Source of the DNA: a bacterium
Lineage (GTDB): Bacteria > Patescibacteriota > Patescibacteriia > Patescibacteriales > UBA12465
Assembly (NCBI GenBank): GCA_030696105.1
Contig: JAUYNJ010000008.1
Coordinates: 18,030 to 82,029, forward strand
Length of the DNA: 64,000 nt
Direction of reading: 5' to 3'
The translations under genes were made by a program, and so were the position numbers. The notes beneath the pieces are model-generated. The model searched no databases, was not told the DNA's origin, and saw only the letters and a list, made by a program, of their open reading frames with translations. Within the stretch, counting starts at the first letter, position 1. Each line of letters starts with the position of its first letter. Below, one piece after another: positions 1-10,902 of the stretch.

Positions 1-1
1 T

Positions 2-394
2 CCGGCTGGTATTAGTCACGGTGAAAGCATTAGGCTTTCTGGATACGGTGACGCTGGCGAAAAAGGCGCTTCAACTGGCGACCTATTCTTAAAGATTAGA
101 GTCGCTGCTCATGCCGAGATGAAGCGCGAGGGTGATGATATTTACTCACAAGCCGAAATATCAATGACGCAAGCGGCTTTAGGCGACACACTTGAGGTGA
201 CAACTGCTTACGGAAAAGTTAAATTGAAAATTCCAGCCGGCACGCAGCCACAAACCGTCTTTCGTTTAAAAGAGAAGGGTGCCCCTCGTATTCACAGCCG
301 TGGGCAGGGAGATCACTTTGTTAAAGTAAAGGTTATTATTCCCAAAAGCCTAAACAAGAAACAACGAGAAGCTTTGGAGAGTTTAGGATTGTAA
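2..394 (+). CDS. dnaJ: Chaperone DnaJ, C-terminal fragment (5' end lies upstream of window)
   Basis: The frame is open from nt 2. Translation PAGISHGESIRLSGYGDAGEKGASTGDLFLKIRVAAHAEMKREGDDIY...VKLKIPAGTQPQTVFRLKEKGAP...GDHFVKVKVIIPKSLNKKQREALE matches the DnaJ C-terminal substrate-binding/dimerisation domains. Confidence 0.9.
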   Translation, partial: PAGISHGESIRLSGYGDAGEKGASTGDLFLKIRVAAHAEMKREGDDIYSQAEISMTQAALGDTLEVTTAYGKVKLKIPAGTQPQTVFRLKEKGAPRIHSRGQGDHFVKVKVIIPKSLNKKQREALESLGL

Positions 395-404
395 CTATAA
401 ATAT

Positions 405-1025
405 ATGGAGAATATTCAAGTCTTATACATTCACGGCGGAGAGACTTTCAAAAATCATGATGACTACCTGATGTATTTGAAGACTAGAGAAATCACTCTT
501 GATAAACAGCCATCTTGGTCCGGTTCTTTAGCTGAGAATTTAGGCGATGATTTTAATTTTGCTCGCCTGAACATGCCGTTGAAGGAGAACGCTCAATACG
601 AAGATTGGAAAATAAATTTTGAAAGATATTTACCGTTCATTAAGGATAATGTTATCTTAGTTGGTTTTTCTTTGGGGGCGATTTTTTTAGTGCAGTATTT
701 GTCTGAGAATAAATTTCCAAAAAAGATTTTTGCTATCTATCTTGTGGCTACACCCTTTGACGGTGACTTGCCGGGCGCAGATTTAGCCGGTGGCTTCCGT
801 TTACAATCCGATTTGTCTTTAATGTCAGAAAATTGTAGCCGGATTAATTTTCTATTCTCTAAGAATGACGATGTTGTTCCAGTAAGTCACGCGGGGAAGT
901 TTGCAGAGAAATTGCCAGGCGCACGCATCACAATCTTGGATCACATAAATGGACACTTTTTTATACCTGAGTTTCCGGAGCTCATTGAGATGATTAAAGA
1001 AGATGTTGAAAATAGCAGAGAGTAA
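405..1025 (+). CDS. Alpha/beta-fold serine hydrolase (YdeN/RBBP9-like)
   Basis: 206 aa. It has the nucleophile elbow GFSLGA, then an acidic residue in SKNDDVVP and His in INGHFF, in catalytic-triad order. Size and layout resemble YdeN-type serine hydrolases. Confidence 0.6.
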   Translation: MENIQVLYIHGGETFKNHDDYLMYLKTREITLDKQPSWSGSLAENLGDDFNFARLNMPLKENAQYEDWKINFERYLPFIKDNVILVGFSLGAIFLVQYLSENKFPKKIFAIYLVATPFDGDLPGADLAGGFRLQSDLSLMSENCSRINFLFSKNDDVVPVSHAGKFAEKLPGARITILDHINGHFFIPEFPELIEMIKEDVENSRE

Positions 1026-1040
1026 TATTATTTAATACAT

Positions 1041-1427
1041 ATGGATATTTCAATTGATAAAATAGAAACACCAGAAGAGTTCTTCTTGGTATTTAATGGC
1101 CTCTGTAAATTAGCGGAGTCAGCCTTTGATAGTTTTGATGAAAAGGATTTTTCCGGGCTAGGGTCAAAAAGTATTGCGAAAGAAATGTCTTATCTTATGA
1201 GTATTACTTTAGTCATCATTGGCATGCGAGGAGGTTATGCTAGTTTCAGGCAAGGCGCCTTAGATGCTCCAATTTTTGCCACTATTAACGGTATAGAATA
1301 TGATCAGAAATATTTGTATAAAATGAATGATCATTTTACCGGACGGTTCGACGACGCGTTAAATAAAATAAAAAATCTAATTCCCGAAATGTACGAATCC
1401 TATAAAACTGTTTGGCAGAATTATTAG
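1041..1427 (+). CDS. Hypothetical protein
   Basis: 128-aa ORF in a tight array after the hydrolase, followed by a terminator hairpin. No motif recognised. Confidence 0.5.
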   Translation: MDISIDKIETPEEFFLVFNGLCKLAESAFDSFDEKDFSGLGSKSIAKEMSYLMSITLVIIGMRGGYASFRQGALDAPIFATINGIEYDQKYLYKMNDHFTGRFDDALNKIKNLIPEMYESYKTVWQNY

Positions 1428-1454
1428 TAAAGAATAAAAATTAATCGATCAAAA

Positions 1455-1478
1455 ATAAGGCTAATTGCCTTATTTTTT
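1455..1478 (+). terminator. Rho-independent terminator
   Basis: ATAAGGC-taatt-GCCTTAT hairpin followed by a T-run. Confidence 0.5.
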
Positions 1479-1506
1479 AATACGAAAGACCATTTAATCC
1501 CTAGCC

Positions 1507-1535
1507 TTTACAGGTGAACGATTGTTTACTATAAT
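1507..1535 (+). promoter_or_regulatory. Promoter TTTACA-N17-TATAAT with an embedded SOS-box-like operator GAACGATTGTTT (1516-1527)
   Basis: -35 TTTACA at 1507-1512 and -10 TATAAT at 1530-1535. The spacer contains GAAC-N4-GTTT, a near match to the Gram-positive-type LexA box core GAAC-N4-GTTC. It lies 21 nt upstream of the lexA-like start. Confidence 0.45.
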
Positions 1536-1555
1536 GATTTTGTAATAAGAAATAT

Positions 1556-2122
1556 ATGATTGAAAAATATAAAAAGCAGATCGTTGTCTTTTACCGAGTT
1601 AATCGGCGTATGCCTAATTATGCGGAAATAATGGCTCTGCTTGGCTATAAGTCGAAGAATGCCGTTTTTAAGCTCGTGCGCAAACTGCAAGCAGAAAATT
1701 TTTTGGATAAGGATAAGAAAGGTAAATTAATTCCGAAAAATATTTATGGCGAGTTAAAAGTACTGGGACGGGTAGAGGCTGGCTTTCCTTCTCCGGCCGA
1801 AGAAGAATTGGCCGATACAATGAGTTTGGACGATTTCTTAATTAAGAATAAAGAGGCGACCTATATGCTTAAGGTCAGCGGTGAGTCTATGATTGATGCC
1901 GGCATTATGCCGGGCGACATGGTTTTAGTTGATCGCAGTCTAAGCCCGGTTGACGGTAATATTGTCATTGCCGAAGTCGACAAACAGTGGACGGTAAAAT
2001 ATTTCCGTAAAAAAGGTAATGACATTTATCTTGAACCAGCAAATAAAAAGTTTCCAATAATACGGGCAAGTGATGAGTTAAGAGTCGCCGCGGTCGTTAA
2101 AGCCGTCATCCGCAAATACTAA
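1556..2122 (+). CDS. lexA: LexA-like repressor / S24 self-cleaving peptidase
   Basis: 188 aa with an N-terminal wHTH-like region. The S24 hallmarks are a cleavage-site-like VEAGFPSP, the Ser nucleophile in VSGESM, and Lys in TVKYFRKKG. Confidence 0.8.
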   Translation: MIEKYKKQIVVFYRVNRRMPNYAEIMALLGYKSKNAVFKLVRKLQAENFLDKDKKGKLIPKNIYGELKVLGRVEAGFPSPAEEELADTMSLDDFLIKNKEATYMLKVSGESMIDAGIMPGDMVLVDRSLSPVDGNIVIAEVDKQWTVKYFRKKGNDIYLEPANKKFPIIRASDELRVAAVVKAVIRKY

Positions 2123-2125
2123 AAT

Positions 2126-3430
2126 ATGCCTGTTTCAATTTCATCTTTTAAAAGAGCAATCCTGCACGTGGACGGTGATTGCTTTTTTGCTGCCTGCGAA
2201 ATCGCTCGCCGTCCCGAATTAAAAGGGAGGCCGGTGGTCACTGGTCTTGAGCGCGGTATTGTTTCCTCCCTTACCTATGAAGCGAAGGCGATGGGTATAA
2301 AGCGGGCGATGTCTTTTAGTGAAGTTAAAAAGATCTGTCCGCAAGTCGTATTTCTTCCCTCTGATTATGAGTCATACAGCTTATATTCTTTGCGCATGTA
2401 TAACATTGTTCGTCGCTTTACTCCTGATGTTGAAGAATATAGTATCGACGAATGTTTTGCCGACTTAACCGGCCTGCGTCGTCCTCTGCGCATGTCCTAT
2501 GAAAAGATAGCCGAGAAAATAAAGGAAACATTAGACAGTGAGCTCGGCTTCACTTTTTCAGTAGGTTTAGCGCCGACGAAGGTTTTAGCTAAAGTGGGCT
2601 CGAAGTGGAAAAAACCTTCCGGCCTTACTATCATCCCTGGTCGCGATATTGAATTATATCTCGCCAAACTCGACGTTGGTCAGGTCTGGGGCATTGGTCC
2701 ACAAACAACGGCGTTGTTAAATAAGTTTGGCGTGAGAACAGCGCTTGATTTTATCCGTCACGATATTGAATGGGTTAAAGTGCGCTTAACCAAGCCGCAA
2801 TTAGAAATTTGGCAGGAGTTGCGAGGCGAGATGGTATATCCCGTTGATACCGAGAAGAAGGATAGCTATCAATCAATTAGCAAAACAAAAACATTCACCC
2901 CACCATCAAGCAGCGAGATGCGTGTGTTTAGTCAATTATCAAAAAACGTAGAGAATGCTTGTATTAAATTACGTCGTCATCACTTAGCCGCGAAAAAAGT
3001 ATTTTTCTTTTTGAAAACGCAAGACTTTAAATATCACGGCTATGAATTTAAGTTAATGCGCCCGACTGATAATCCAATTGAAATTATCGCGATGGTGAAA
3101 CAGTATTTCAGTACAGTGTTCAAAGCCGCAAAGTTGTTTCGCGCGACCGGAGTAATATTAATGGATATATCCGAAAACGTTTGCCGCCAAGCCGACTTGT
3201 TTAATGAAGTCGCGCGGGCAGAAAAAATATCTAAAATATTTGGTAGCGTTGATGGTATGTCTCAGCGCTACGGAAAGCACGCGATATTTCTAGGCTCAAG
3301 CCTAGCGGCGATGACTGGCGCTCAGCATGAGGGGGCTCGCCAAACCACGCCGGACAGAAAAAGAGAGATATTTAAGGGGGAGACGGCGAGGAAAAGGCTA
3401 GCTATTCCATATTTGGGTGAGACTGGCTAA
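2126..3430 (+). CDS. Y-family (translesion) DNA polymerase, DinB/UmuC-like
   Basis: 434 aa. Motifs ILHVDGDCFFAACE, YSIDECFADLTG, VGLAPTKVLAKVGS and VWGIGPQT are those of the IMS/Y-family polymerases. It starts 4 nt after the lexA-like stop. Confidence 0.85.
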   Translation: MPVSISSFKRAILHVDGDCFFAACEIARRPELKGRPVVTGLERGIVSSLTYEAKAMGIKRAMSFSEVKKICPQVVFLPSDYESYSLYSLRMYNIVRRFTPDVEEYSIDECFADLTGLRRPLRMSYEKIAEKIKETLDSELGFTFSVGLAPTKVLAKVGSKWKKPSGLTIIPGRDIELYLAKLDVGQVWGIGPQTTALLNKFGVRTALDFIRHDIEWVKVRLTKPQLEIWQELRGEMVYPVDTEKKDSYQSISKTKTFTPPSSSEMRVFSQLSKNVENACIKLRRHHLAAKKVFFFLKTQDFKYHGYEFKLMRPTDNPIEIIAMVKQYFSTVFKAAKLFRATGVILMDISENVCRQADLFNEVARAEKISKIFGSVDGMSQRYGKHAIFLGSSLAAMTGAQHEGARQTTPDRKREIFKGETARKRLAIPYLGETG

Positions 3431-3518
3431 AATAGGCAATATTTAAGCATTTTCGTTGACTTTTTAAGGCTGGGTGATAAACTAAAGGTCAGGAGTTTAT
3501 AAAATAAACAAAGATATT

Positions 3519-3647
3519 ATGTGTAAATGTGCTTGGTTAAAGAAGTTGCTTGGTATTAAGAAGGAATGTTGCTGCAGTCATGCTCACGAAGAGGTTAAGA
3601 CCGAAACACCGCCTACAGTAGAAACTCCAGTGGTTAAGTCATATTAA
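3519..3647 (+). CDS. Candidate 42-aa Cys/His-rich small protein (below ORF-track cutoff)
   Basis: The ATG 3519 to TAA 3645-3647 frame encodes MCKCAWLKKLLGIKKECCCSHAHEEVKTETPPTVETPVVKSY. A promoter-like TTGACT (3456-3461) lies upstream. There is no homology evidence. Confidence 0.3.
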   Translation: MCKCAWLKKLLGIKKECCCSHAHEEVKTETPPTVETPVVKSY

Positions 3648-3698
3648 CGATTAGTGGAAAAACGCGTTCAGCGTTTTTTTACCACTATTATACGCACC

Positions 3699-4553
3699 AT
3701 GTTTATTGATACCCATGCCCATGTCAATTTTCGTGATTTTAAGGATGATGCCGACGAGGTAATCCGCCGGTCTTTGGATAACGACACCTGGATGGTGCTC
3801 GTTGGTTCGGAGTATAAAACCTCTAACCGCGCCTTAAATCATGCAAATCGTTATGAGCGTGGAGTATATGCGGCCGTTGGTCTGGACCCAATACATCTAG
3901 AAGAGCAAAAAGTTGAAGAAAACGACGATGATAACGGGGAATACAGCTTTACCACTCGGGCCGAAGAATTTAACTACGATACTTACGAAAAACTGGCGAA
4001 GTTTCAGAAAGTGGTCGCAATCGGTGAAATTGGTCTTGATTACTATCACCTTAATCCCACAAAAGATGTAAGCGCCGCGAAGCGCAAGCAGCAGGAAGTG
4101 TTCCTCAAACAGTTATTGCTCGCCCGTCACCTCGACCTGCCCGTTATTATTCACTGCCGACAGGCGCACGATGACCTGTATGCGATTTTACAGGATTTCC
4201 GCAAGGTATATTCCGACTTTATTCCCGCCGATCGTCCCTGGGGCGTGCTTCATTGCTTCTCCGGTGACGAGGACATGGCCTGGAAGTACTTCAAGCTCGG
4301 GCTGATTGTGTCTTTCACTGGCCTTATTACCTTCAGCAAGCAGTGGGACGATGTGTTACGTAAGATTCCTCTGGATAAGTTCATGATTGAGACCGACTCT
4401 CCCTATATGACACCGGAGCCCTACCGCGGTCGCCGTAATGAGCCGATTCTGGTACAATATGTGGCAGGGAGAATAGCTGAAATCCGCAATACAACGATTG
4501 AGAAAATTGCTGACGCAACGACTGACACTGCCCGAAGATTCTTTAAGATATAA
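3699..4553 (+). CDS. TatD-family metal-dependent hydrolase/DNase
   Basis: Motifs FIDTHAHVNF, GEIGLDY, VIIHCR, LHCFSG and ETDSPYM are the TatD metal-ligand motifs. I chose ATG 3699 as the start rather than the track's GTG at 3654. Confidence 0.85.
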   Translation: MFIDTHAHVNFRDFKDDADEVIRRSLDNDTWMVLVGSEYKTSNRALNHANRYERGVYAAVGLDPIHLEEQKVEENDDDNGEYSFTTRAEEFNYDTYEKLAKFQKVVAIGEIGLDYYHLNPTKDVSAAKRKQQEVFLKQLLLARHLDLPVIIHCRQAHDDLYAILQDFRKVYSDFIPADRPWGVLHCFSGDEDMAWKYFKLGLIVSFTGLITFSKQWDDVLRKIPLDKFMIETDSPYMTPEPYRGRRNEPILVQYVAGRIAEIRNTTIEKIADATTDTARRFFKI

Positions 4554-4602
4554 TTTAGCTTAAATTTAATAGAAAAGAGCGTAAAGTTGATTTTTATCAG
4601 AC

Positions 4603-4631
4603 TTGACTTTTTTTGTTGTCGGGTGTATATA
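4603..4631 (+). promoter_or_regulatory. Putative atp operon promoter
   Basis: TTGACT (4603-4608), a 17-nt spacer ending in TG, then TATATA (4626-4631). Confidence 0.5.
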
Positions 4632-4668
4632 ACTAGTGGTTTTGTTGAAATTTATCTAATTTAAGCGT

Positions 4669-4968
4669 ATGGATAAGCAATCGATGAGACAATTCTATAT
4701 TTCGAGTGCCGCCTATAGCTTATCTTCTATTATCGGACCATTATTAATGTTTGGCGTGCCAGCATATTTCCTCGATCAGTATTTAGGCACCAACCCCCTG
4801 TTATTGTTAGTTGCTGTTGGCATTTCCTTTGTAGTTACAAATGTGCTTTTATTTAGAAAAGTTAAGAAGATTAATCAGATGATTTCTTCATATATACCGA
4901 AGGATGATGATGATAAGAATGAGGATGGCACTGAGAAAGATTCAGACCTATCTGTAAAAAATAATTAA
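4669..4968 (+). CDS. Small membrane protein, AtpZ/AtpI-like (ATP synthase operon leader gene)
   Basis: 99 aa with two predicted TM helices and an acidic tail, placed immediately upstream of atpB where AtpI/AtpZ normally sits. The call rests on position, not sequence. Confidence 0.5.
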   Translation: MDKQSMRQFYISSAAYSLSSIIGPLLMFGVPAYFLDQYLGTNPLLLLVAVGISFVVTNVLLFRKVKKINQMISSYIPKDDDDKNEDGTEKDSDLSVKNN

Positions 4969-4970
4969 GT

Positions 4971-5717
4971 ATGAAATTAGATATTTCTTTAGCTCCGGAG
5001 ACTTTATTTTATATTGGTTCAGTAGCTATCTCAAATTCCTTCTTCTGGTTATTAGTGCTCACCTTTTTTATATTGGTCGGAGTCTTTTTCTTAAATAGAA
5101 GTTTAAAGATGCGACCAGGCAAAGTTCAAAATGTTTTTGAAATGTTGCTAGCCGGCGCCTTCGATTTTGTCGAAACTACCGTCGGAAGCAAGAGTCTGGC
5201 TCAGAAAACTTTCCCCTTAGTCTTTACCTTGTTTTTCTTCATTCTAGTCAGCAATCTCATCACTTTTATACCTGGACAAGCGGCTGTTACGATTGAAACA
5301 GCTGGTGGAGTTGTTCCTTTATTTCGCGCTATTATTGCTGATTATAGTTTAGTGTTTATGATGACCATGCTTTCGGTTCTGATTACTCAGATTGTGGCTA
5401 TCTACGTTGCTGGCCCCTTCCGTTATCTTGGTCGTTTTTTGAATTTTACCAGTCCTTTAAACTTTTTCTTAGGTTTGATGGATTTAATTGGTGAGGTGGC
5501 AAAAGTTATGTCCCTCTCCTTCCGTTTATTTGGTAATATTTTCGCCGGCGAAGTTTTGGGGGCGGTGATGCTATTTTTATTCCCATTTTTCTTACCCCTG
5601 CCTTTTGCATTTTTAGGTCTGCTAACTGCCGTTGTGCAGGCTTTCGTGTTTGCCGTTTTGACCCTAGTGTTTATCTCGATGGCGGCTACCGTTTCCGAGG
5701 AGTCTGAAGCAGCATAA
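4971..5717 (+). CDS. atpB: F-type ATP synthase Fo subunit a
   Basis: Polytopic protein with the essential-Arg motif SLSFRLFGNIFAGE, in the atp operon context. Confidence 0.9.
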   Translation: MKLDISLAPETLFYIGSVAISNSFFWLLVLTFFILVGVFFLNRSLKMRPGKVQNVFEMLLAGAFDFVETTVGSKSLAQKTFPLVFTLFFFILVSNLITFIPGQAAVTIETAGGVVPLFRAIIADYSLVFMMTMLSVLITQIVAIYVAGPFRYLGRFLNFTSPLNFFLGLMDLIGEVAKVMSLSFRLFGNIFAGEVLGAVMLFLFPFFLPLPFAFLGLLTAVVQAFVFAVLTLVFISMAATVSEESEAA

Positions 5718-5732
5718 TTTAAAAAAATATAA

Positions 5733-5984
<252 letters not shown>

Positions 5985-6053
5985 AAGACAGAAATTGTCC
6001 GCCTCTTGTTAAAAGCTAGCGGCGGATTATTTTGTTTTTTAATTTATTATTAT

Positions 6054-6551
6054 ATGGGTTTAATTGAAGCTCTTGGTCTTGATGGTCGCATTCTTTTAGC
6101 ACAATTTTTAAATTTTGCAGTTTTGTTGTTTGTGCTTTGGCGCTTTGCGTATAAGCCAATTTTTAAAATCTTAGAAGAACGACGCCTGAAAATTGATCAG
6201 GGCCTTGATGACGCTGACGCTGCTGCTAAAAGTTTACTTTTAACCGAAGAGGAAAATAAACAGTTACTGATTAAAGCTCGTCAGGAAGCTAGCCTTATTA
6301 TCGAAGCCGCACAGCAGCAGGCTGATGAGCGTCAGCGTGAAGTAGTGGCTAAGGCGGAAACAGAAATTAATGTCATTACTGAAAAGGAAAGAGCAAAGAT
6401 TGTCGCTGAAAAAGAAAAAATGATGTCTCAGTTGAAAGGCGAAGTATCAGCTCTTGTGCTTGCTGGTTTGCAGCAATTTTTGTCAGAAAATATGACCGAT
6501 AAACGTGATCAAGAAGTTATATCAAAGATTGTAACTAATTTAGAGAAATAA
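6054..6551 (+). CDS. atpF: F-type ATP synthase Fo subunit b
   Basis: One N-terminal TM helix followed by a long charged helix (EERRLKIDQGLDDAD...), in operon order. ATG 6054 is preferred over the track's TTG at 6006. Confidence 0.85.
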   Translation: MGLIEALGLDGRILLAQFLNFAVLLFVLWRFAYKPIFKILEERRLKIDQGLDDADAAAKSLLLTEEENKQLLIKARQEASLIIEAAQQQADERQREVVAKAETEINVITEKERAKIVAEKEKMMSQLKGEVSALVLAGLQQFLSENMTDKRDQEVISKIVTNLEK

Positions 6552-6561
6552 GTTTTTGTTT

Positions 6562-6963
6562 ATGAAAGCAAGTGTTAGACAATACGCACGCAGTGTCATG
6601 GAATTAGTGGCTGATAAATCAGAAGCAGAAGCGAAGGCTTTAATTGCTAAGTTTGTTGTATTTCTTCATGGGCGACAAGACTTAAATAAAGTTGAAGCTA
6701 TCACCGAAGAACTCGGTCGTTTATATGAAATTGAAAATGAGGAAATAAAAGCAGAATTAATTAGCGCTCGTCCTCTGCAAGAGGCCGCTAAGAAACAGCT
6801 TGTTGCTTATTTACAAAAGCGAGCTGGAGTCGACACTGTTAATTTACAGGAAAGCTTAAATCCAGATTTATTAGGAGGTTTTATTCTACGTTATAATGGC
6901 CTCGTTATTGATGGCAGTTTAAAGAACAATTTATTAAAATTTAAAAAACAGCTTAGTAATTAA
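6562..6963 (+). CDS. atpH: F-type ATP synthase F1 subunit delta (OSCP), short form
   Basis: Sits between atpF and atpA. The C-terminal LGGFILRYNGLVIDGSLKNNL is OSCP-like. It is about 133 aa from ATG 6562, shorter than the usual ~180 aa. Confidence 0.75.
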   Translation: MKASVRQYARSVMELVADKSEAEAKALIAKFVVFLHGRQDLNKVEAITEELGRLYEIENEEIKAELISARPLQEAAKKQLVAYLQKRAGVDTVNLQESLNPDLLGGFILRYNGLVIDGSLKNNLLKFKKQLSN

Positions 6964-6972
6964 CCAAACCAT

Positions 6973-8496
6973 ATGTCTAGCACCAAAGATTTTATTGTTG
7001 AGCAGATAAAGCGACAGATTGCCGACTTTAAGGCGGAAGTGGAAGAAAGCAGTGTCGGCCGCGTCTTGAAGATTTCTGACGGCATCGCTCTTGTCTCCGG
7101 CTTAACAGAAGCCATGATGAGCGAAATTTTGCTTTTCAAATCAGCTCACGGCGAAGTGGCCGGCGTTGCCTTAAACCTTGAAGAAAATTTAGTCGGAGCC
7201 ATCATTTTAGGCGAGTTTGCCAACATTAAAGAGGGTGATGAAGTCGTCTGCACTAAGCGCATTTTGAGCGTACCGGTGGGCGAGGCTTTGGTTGGACGTG
7301 TGGTTAATCCGCTCGGTGAAGCAATGGATGGTAAAGGTGCATTGAACACTACTGAGTTTTATCCAGTTGAAAAAATTGCTCCGGGTGTTATTACTCGCGC
7401 CTCTGTCAATCAGCCAGTTCAAACTGGTATTAAAGCAATTGACGCCATGGTGCCAATTGGACGCGGACAACGCGAACTTATCATTGGCGATCGTCAAATT
7501 GGTAAGACCGCGATTGCAATTGATGCCATCATGAACCAGAAAGGACAGAACATGAAGTGCGTCTATGTTGCTATCGGACAAAAAGAATCAAAGGTGGCTG
7601 AAATCGTACGTAAGCTCGAATTGGCGGGTGCGATGGAATATACTACTATCGTTTTAGCTGGCGCCTCCAGCCCAGCTTCACTGCTTTACATCGCTCCTTA
7701 TGCTGGTTGTGCGATGGCCGAATATTTCCTTGATAAGGGTGAAGACGTTTTGATTATTTACGATGATTTATCTAAGCACGCCGTTTCATATCGTGAAATT
7801 TCCTTATTACTTCGCCGTCCTCCGGGTCGCGAAGCCTTCCCTGGAGATGTTTTCTATCTTCACTCCCGCTTGCTCGAACGTGCTTGTAAGTTAAACGCCG
7901 AAAATGGCGGCGGTTCAATTACCGCCTTACCAATTATCGAAACCCAGGCTGGCGACATCTCTGCTTACATCCCAACTAACGTTATCTCTATTACTGATGG
8001 TCAGATTTTCTTAGAACCAGACATGTTCTATAAAGGTAATCGCCCAGCCGTTAATGCTGGTTTGTCTGTTTCTCGCGTCGGCTCTTCTGCGCAGATTAAG
8101 GCCATGAAAAAGGTAGCTGGTAAGATGCGTTTAGAAGCCGCTCAGTTCCGTGAGCTCGCTGCCTTCACTCAGTTCGGCTCCGATCTTGATGAAGAAACAG
8201 CTCGCAAATTAGAAAGAGGTAAGCGTTTATATGAAGTCTTTAAGCAGGATCAATATCAGCCTTTATCCGTGGATAAGCAGGTAGTTATCTACTACTCACT
8301 TATTAATGGTTTAGTTGATAACATTCCGGTGGAAAAAGTTCGTGAATTTGAAGCTGGTTTATATAAGTACATGGATTTAAACAGCGATGTCTCTAAACTG
8401 ATTATCGAAAAGAAGGAGCTTGATGCTGAAATCGAAGAGAAGATCAAAACTGTTGTTAATAATTTTAAAGAGACTCTCGACTACTTAATAAGCTAA
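6973..8496 (+). CDS. atpA: F-type ATP synthase F1 subunit alpha
   Basis: 507 aa with Walker A GDRQIGKT and conserved alpha-subunit sequence throughout. Confidence 0.97.
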   Translation: MSSTKDFIVEQIKRQIADFKAEVEESSVGRVLKISDGIALVSGLTEAMMSEILLFKSAHGEVAGVALNLEENLVGAIILGEFANIKEGDEVVCTKRILSVPVGEALVGRVVNPLGEAMDGKGALNTTEFYPVEKIAPGVITRASVNQPVQTGIKAIDAMVPIGRGQRELIIGDRQIGKTAIAIDAIMNQKGQNMKCVYVAIGQKESKVAEIVRKLELAGAMEYTTIVLAGASSPASLLYIAPYAGCAMAEYFLDKGEDVLIIYDDLSKHAVSYREISLLLRRPPGREAFPGDVFYLHSRLLERACKLNAENGGGSITALPIIETQAGDISAYIPTNVISITDGQIFLEPDMFYKGNRPAVNAGLSVSRVGSSAQIKAMKKVAGKMRLEAAQFRELAAFTQFGSDLDEETARKLERGKRLYEVFKQDQYQPLSVDKQVVIYYSLINGLVDNIPVEKVREFEAGLYKYMDLNSDVSKLIIEKKELDAEIEEKIKTVVNNFKETLDYLIS

Positions 8497-8516
8497 GAGA
8501 AAAAAAGTAATTTACT

Positions 8517-9461
8517 ATGGCTAAGACCAAAGAAATATCACGTCGCATAAAATCCATTGGCAACACGAAGAAAATAACTCGTGCGATGGAGATGGTGGCG
8601 GCCGCAAAGATGAGAAAAGCGGTCGAGGCCGTTTTGCGTACGCGCACCTATGCGAATTTAAGCTGGGAAACAGTTATGCACTTGTCGACTATGGCTGATA
8701 GCAAGAGTGGACCAATGCACCCGCTTCTGACTAAGCGCCCGGAAACCAAGAAGGCGGCGATTATCTTAATTAGTTCCAACCGTGGTCTTTGCGGTGGTTA
8801 TAATACCAACATCTTAAATAAGGCAAAGGAGTCAATTAAGCGCCATCCTGATGTGCCGGTTGAATTTATTCTTGTTGGCAAAAAAGGGGCGGCCGTTTAT
8901 TCTCAGAATTACACTGTCGCGGCTGAGTTTCCGAAAAGCGACGTCTTAACTGATGCTAAGGAAGTTGTGCCGATTGTTAATATGGCGGTGACCGATTTTT
9001 TAAGTGGTCGCTATGATAAAGTTTTTGTTGCTTATACTGACTTTGTGAGCGCTGCTAAGCAGGTGCCACGTATTAAACAACTCTTGCCAGTTAACATGGA
9101 AGAGGATGAGTATCTTGGTATCGTGGCTGACCCGAAAATAAGTGTCACTAAACAAATAATTACCGAGAAGCGGGAAAAACATCTCCACGCTCAGGCTGGC
9201 TACGATTTCTTATTCGAGCCCAGTCCTTCTGAAGTTCTTGATAAGATTATTCCACGTTTACTTGAGGTCCAAGTATACCAAGCCATCCTTGAAGCTAACG
9301 CTTCTGAACATAGCGCCAGTATGAGCGCGATGCATCAAGCAACTGAAGCGGCGACTGATATGGTTAAAGAACTTACACTTTTTTACAATAAGGCGAGACA
9401 GGCCGGCATCACCGCGGAAATCGCGGAAATTAGTGCAGGTGCTAACGCTCTGCTTGATTAA
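8517..9461 (+). CDS. atpG: F-type ATP synthase F1 subunit gamma
   Basis: N-terminal ISRRIKSIGNTKKITRAMEMVAAAKMRKA and C-terminal ITAEIAEISAGANAL helices typical of gamma. Confidence 0.95.
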   Translation: MAKTKEISRRIKSIGNTKKITRAMEMVAAAKMRKAVEAVLRTRTYANLSWETVMHLSTMADSKSGPMHPLLTKRPETKKAAIILISSNRGLCGGYNTNILNKAKESIKRHPDVPVEFILVGKKGAAVYSQNYTVAAEFPKSDVLTDAKEVVPIVNMAVTDFLSGRYDKVFVAYTDFVSAAKQVPRIKQLLPVNMEEDEYLGIVADPKISVTKQIITEKREKHLHAQAGYDFLFEPSPSEVLDKIIPRLLEVQVYQAILEANASEHSASMSAMHQATEAATDMVKELTLFYNKARQAGITAEIAEISAGANALLD

Positions 9462-9472
9462 TTCGTTAATAA

Positions 9473-10876
<1,404 letters not shown>

Positions 10877-10902
10877 TTAACACTCCTTAACGCCAAATTA
10901 TT

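Noticed and set aside
3654-3698. N-terminal extensions from alternative starts in the ORF track (TatD 3654, atpF 6006, uppP 12258, GT2 32505, PspC 43719, permease 49086, mtaB 41933, fmt 53965)
   Set aside because: Each extension overlaps a promoter or the upstream gene and precedes an ATG that aligns with the conserved N-terminus of the family. The shorter starts are used in the feature table.
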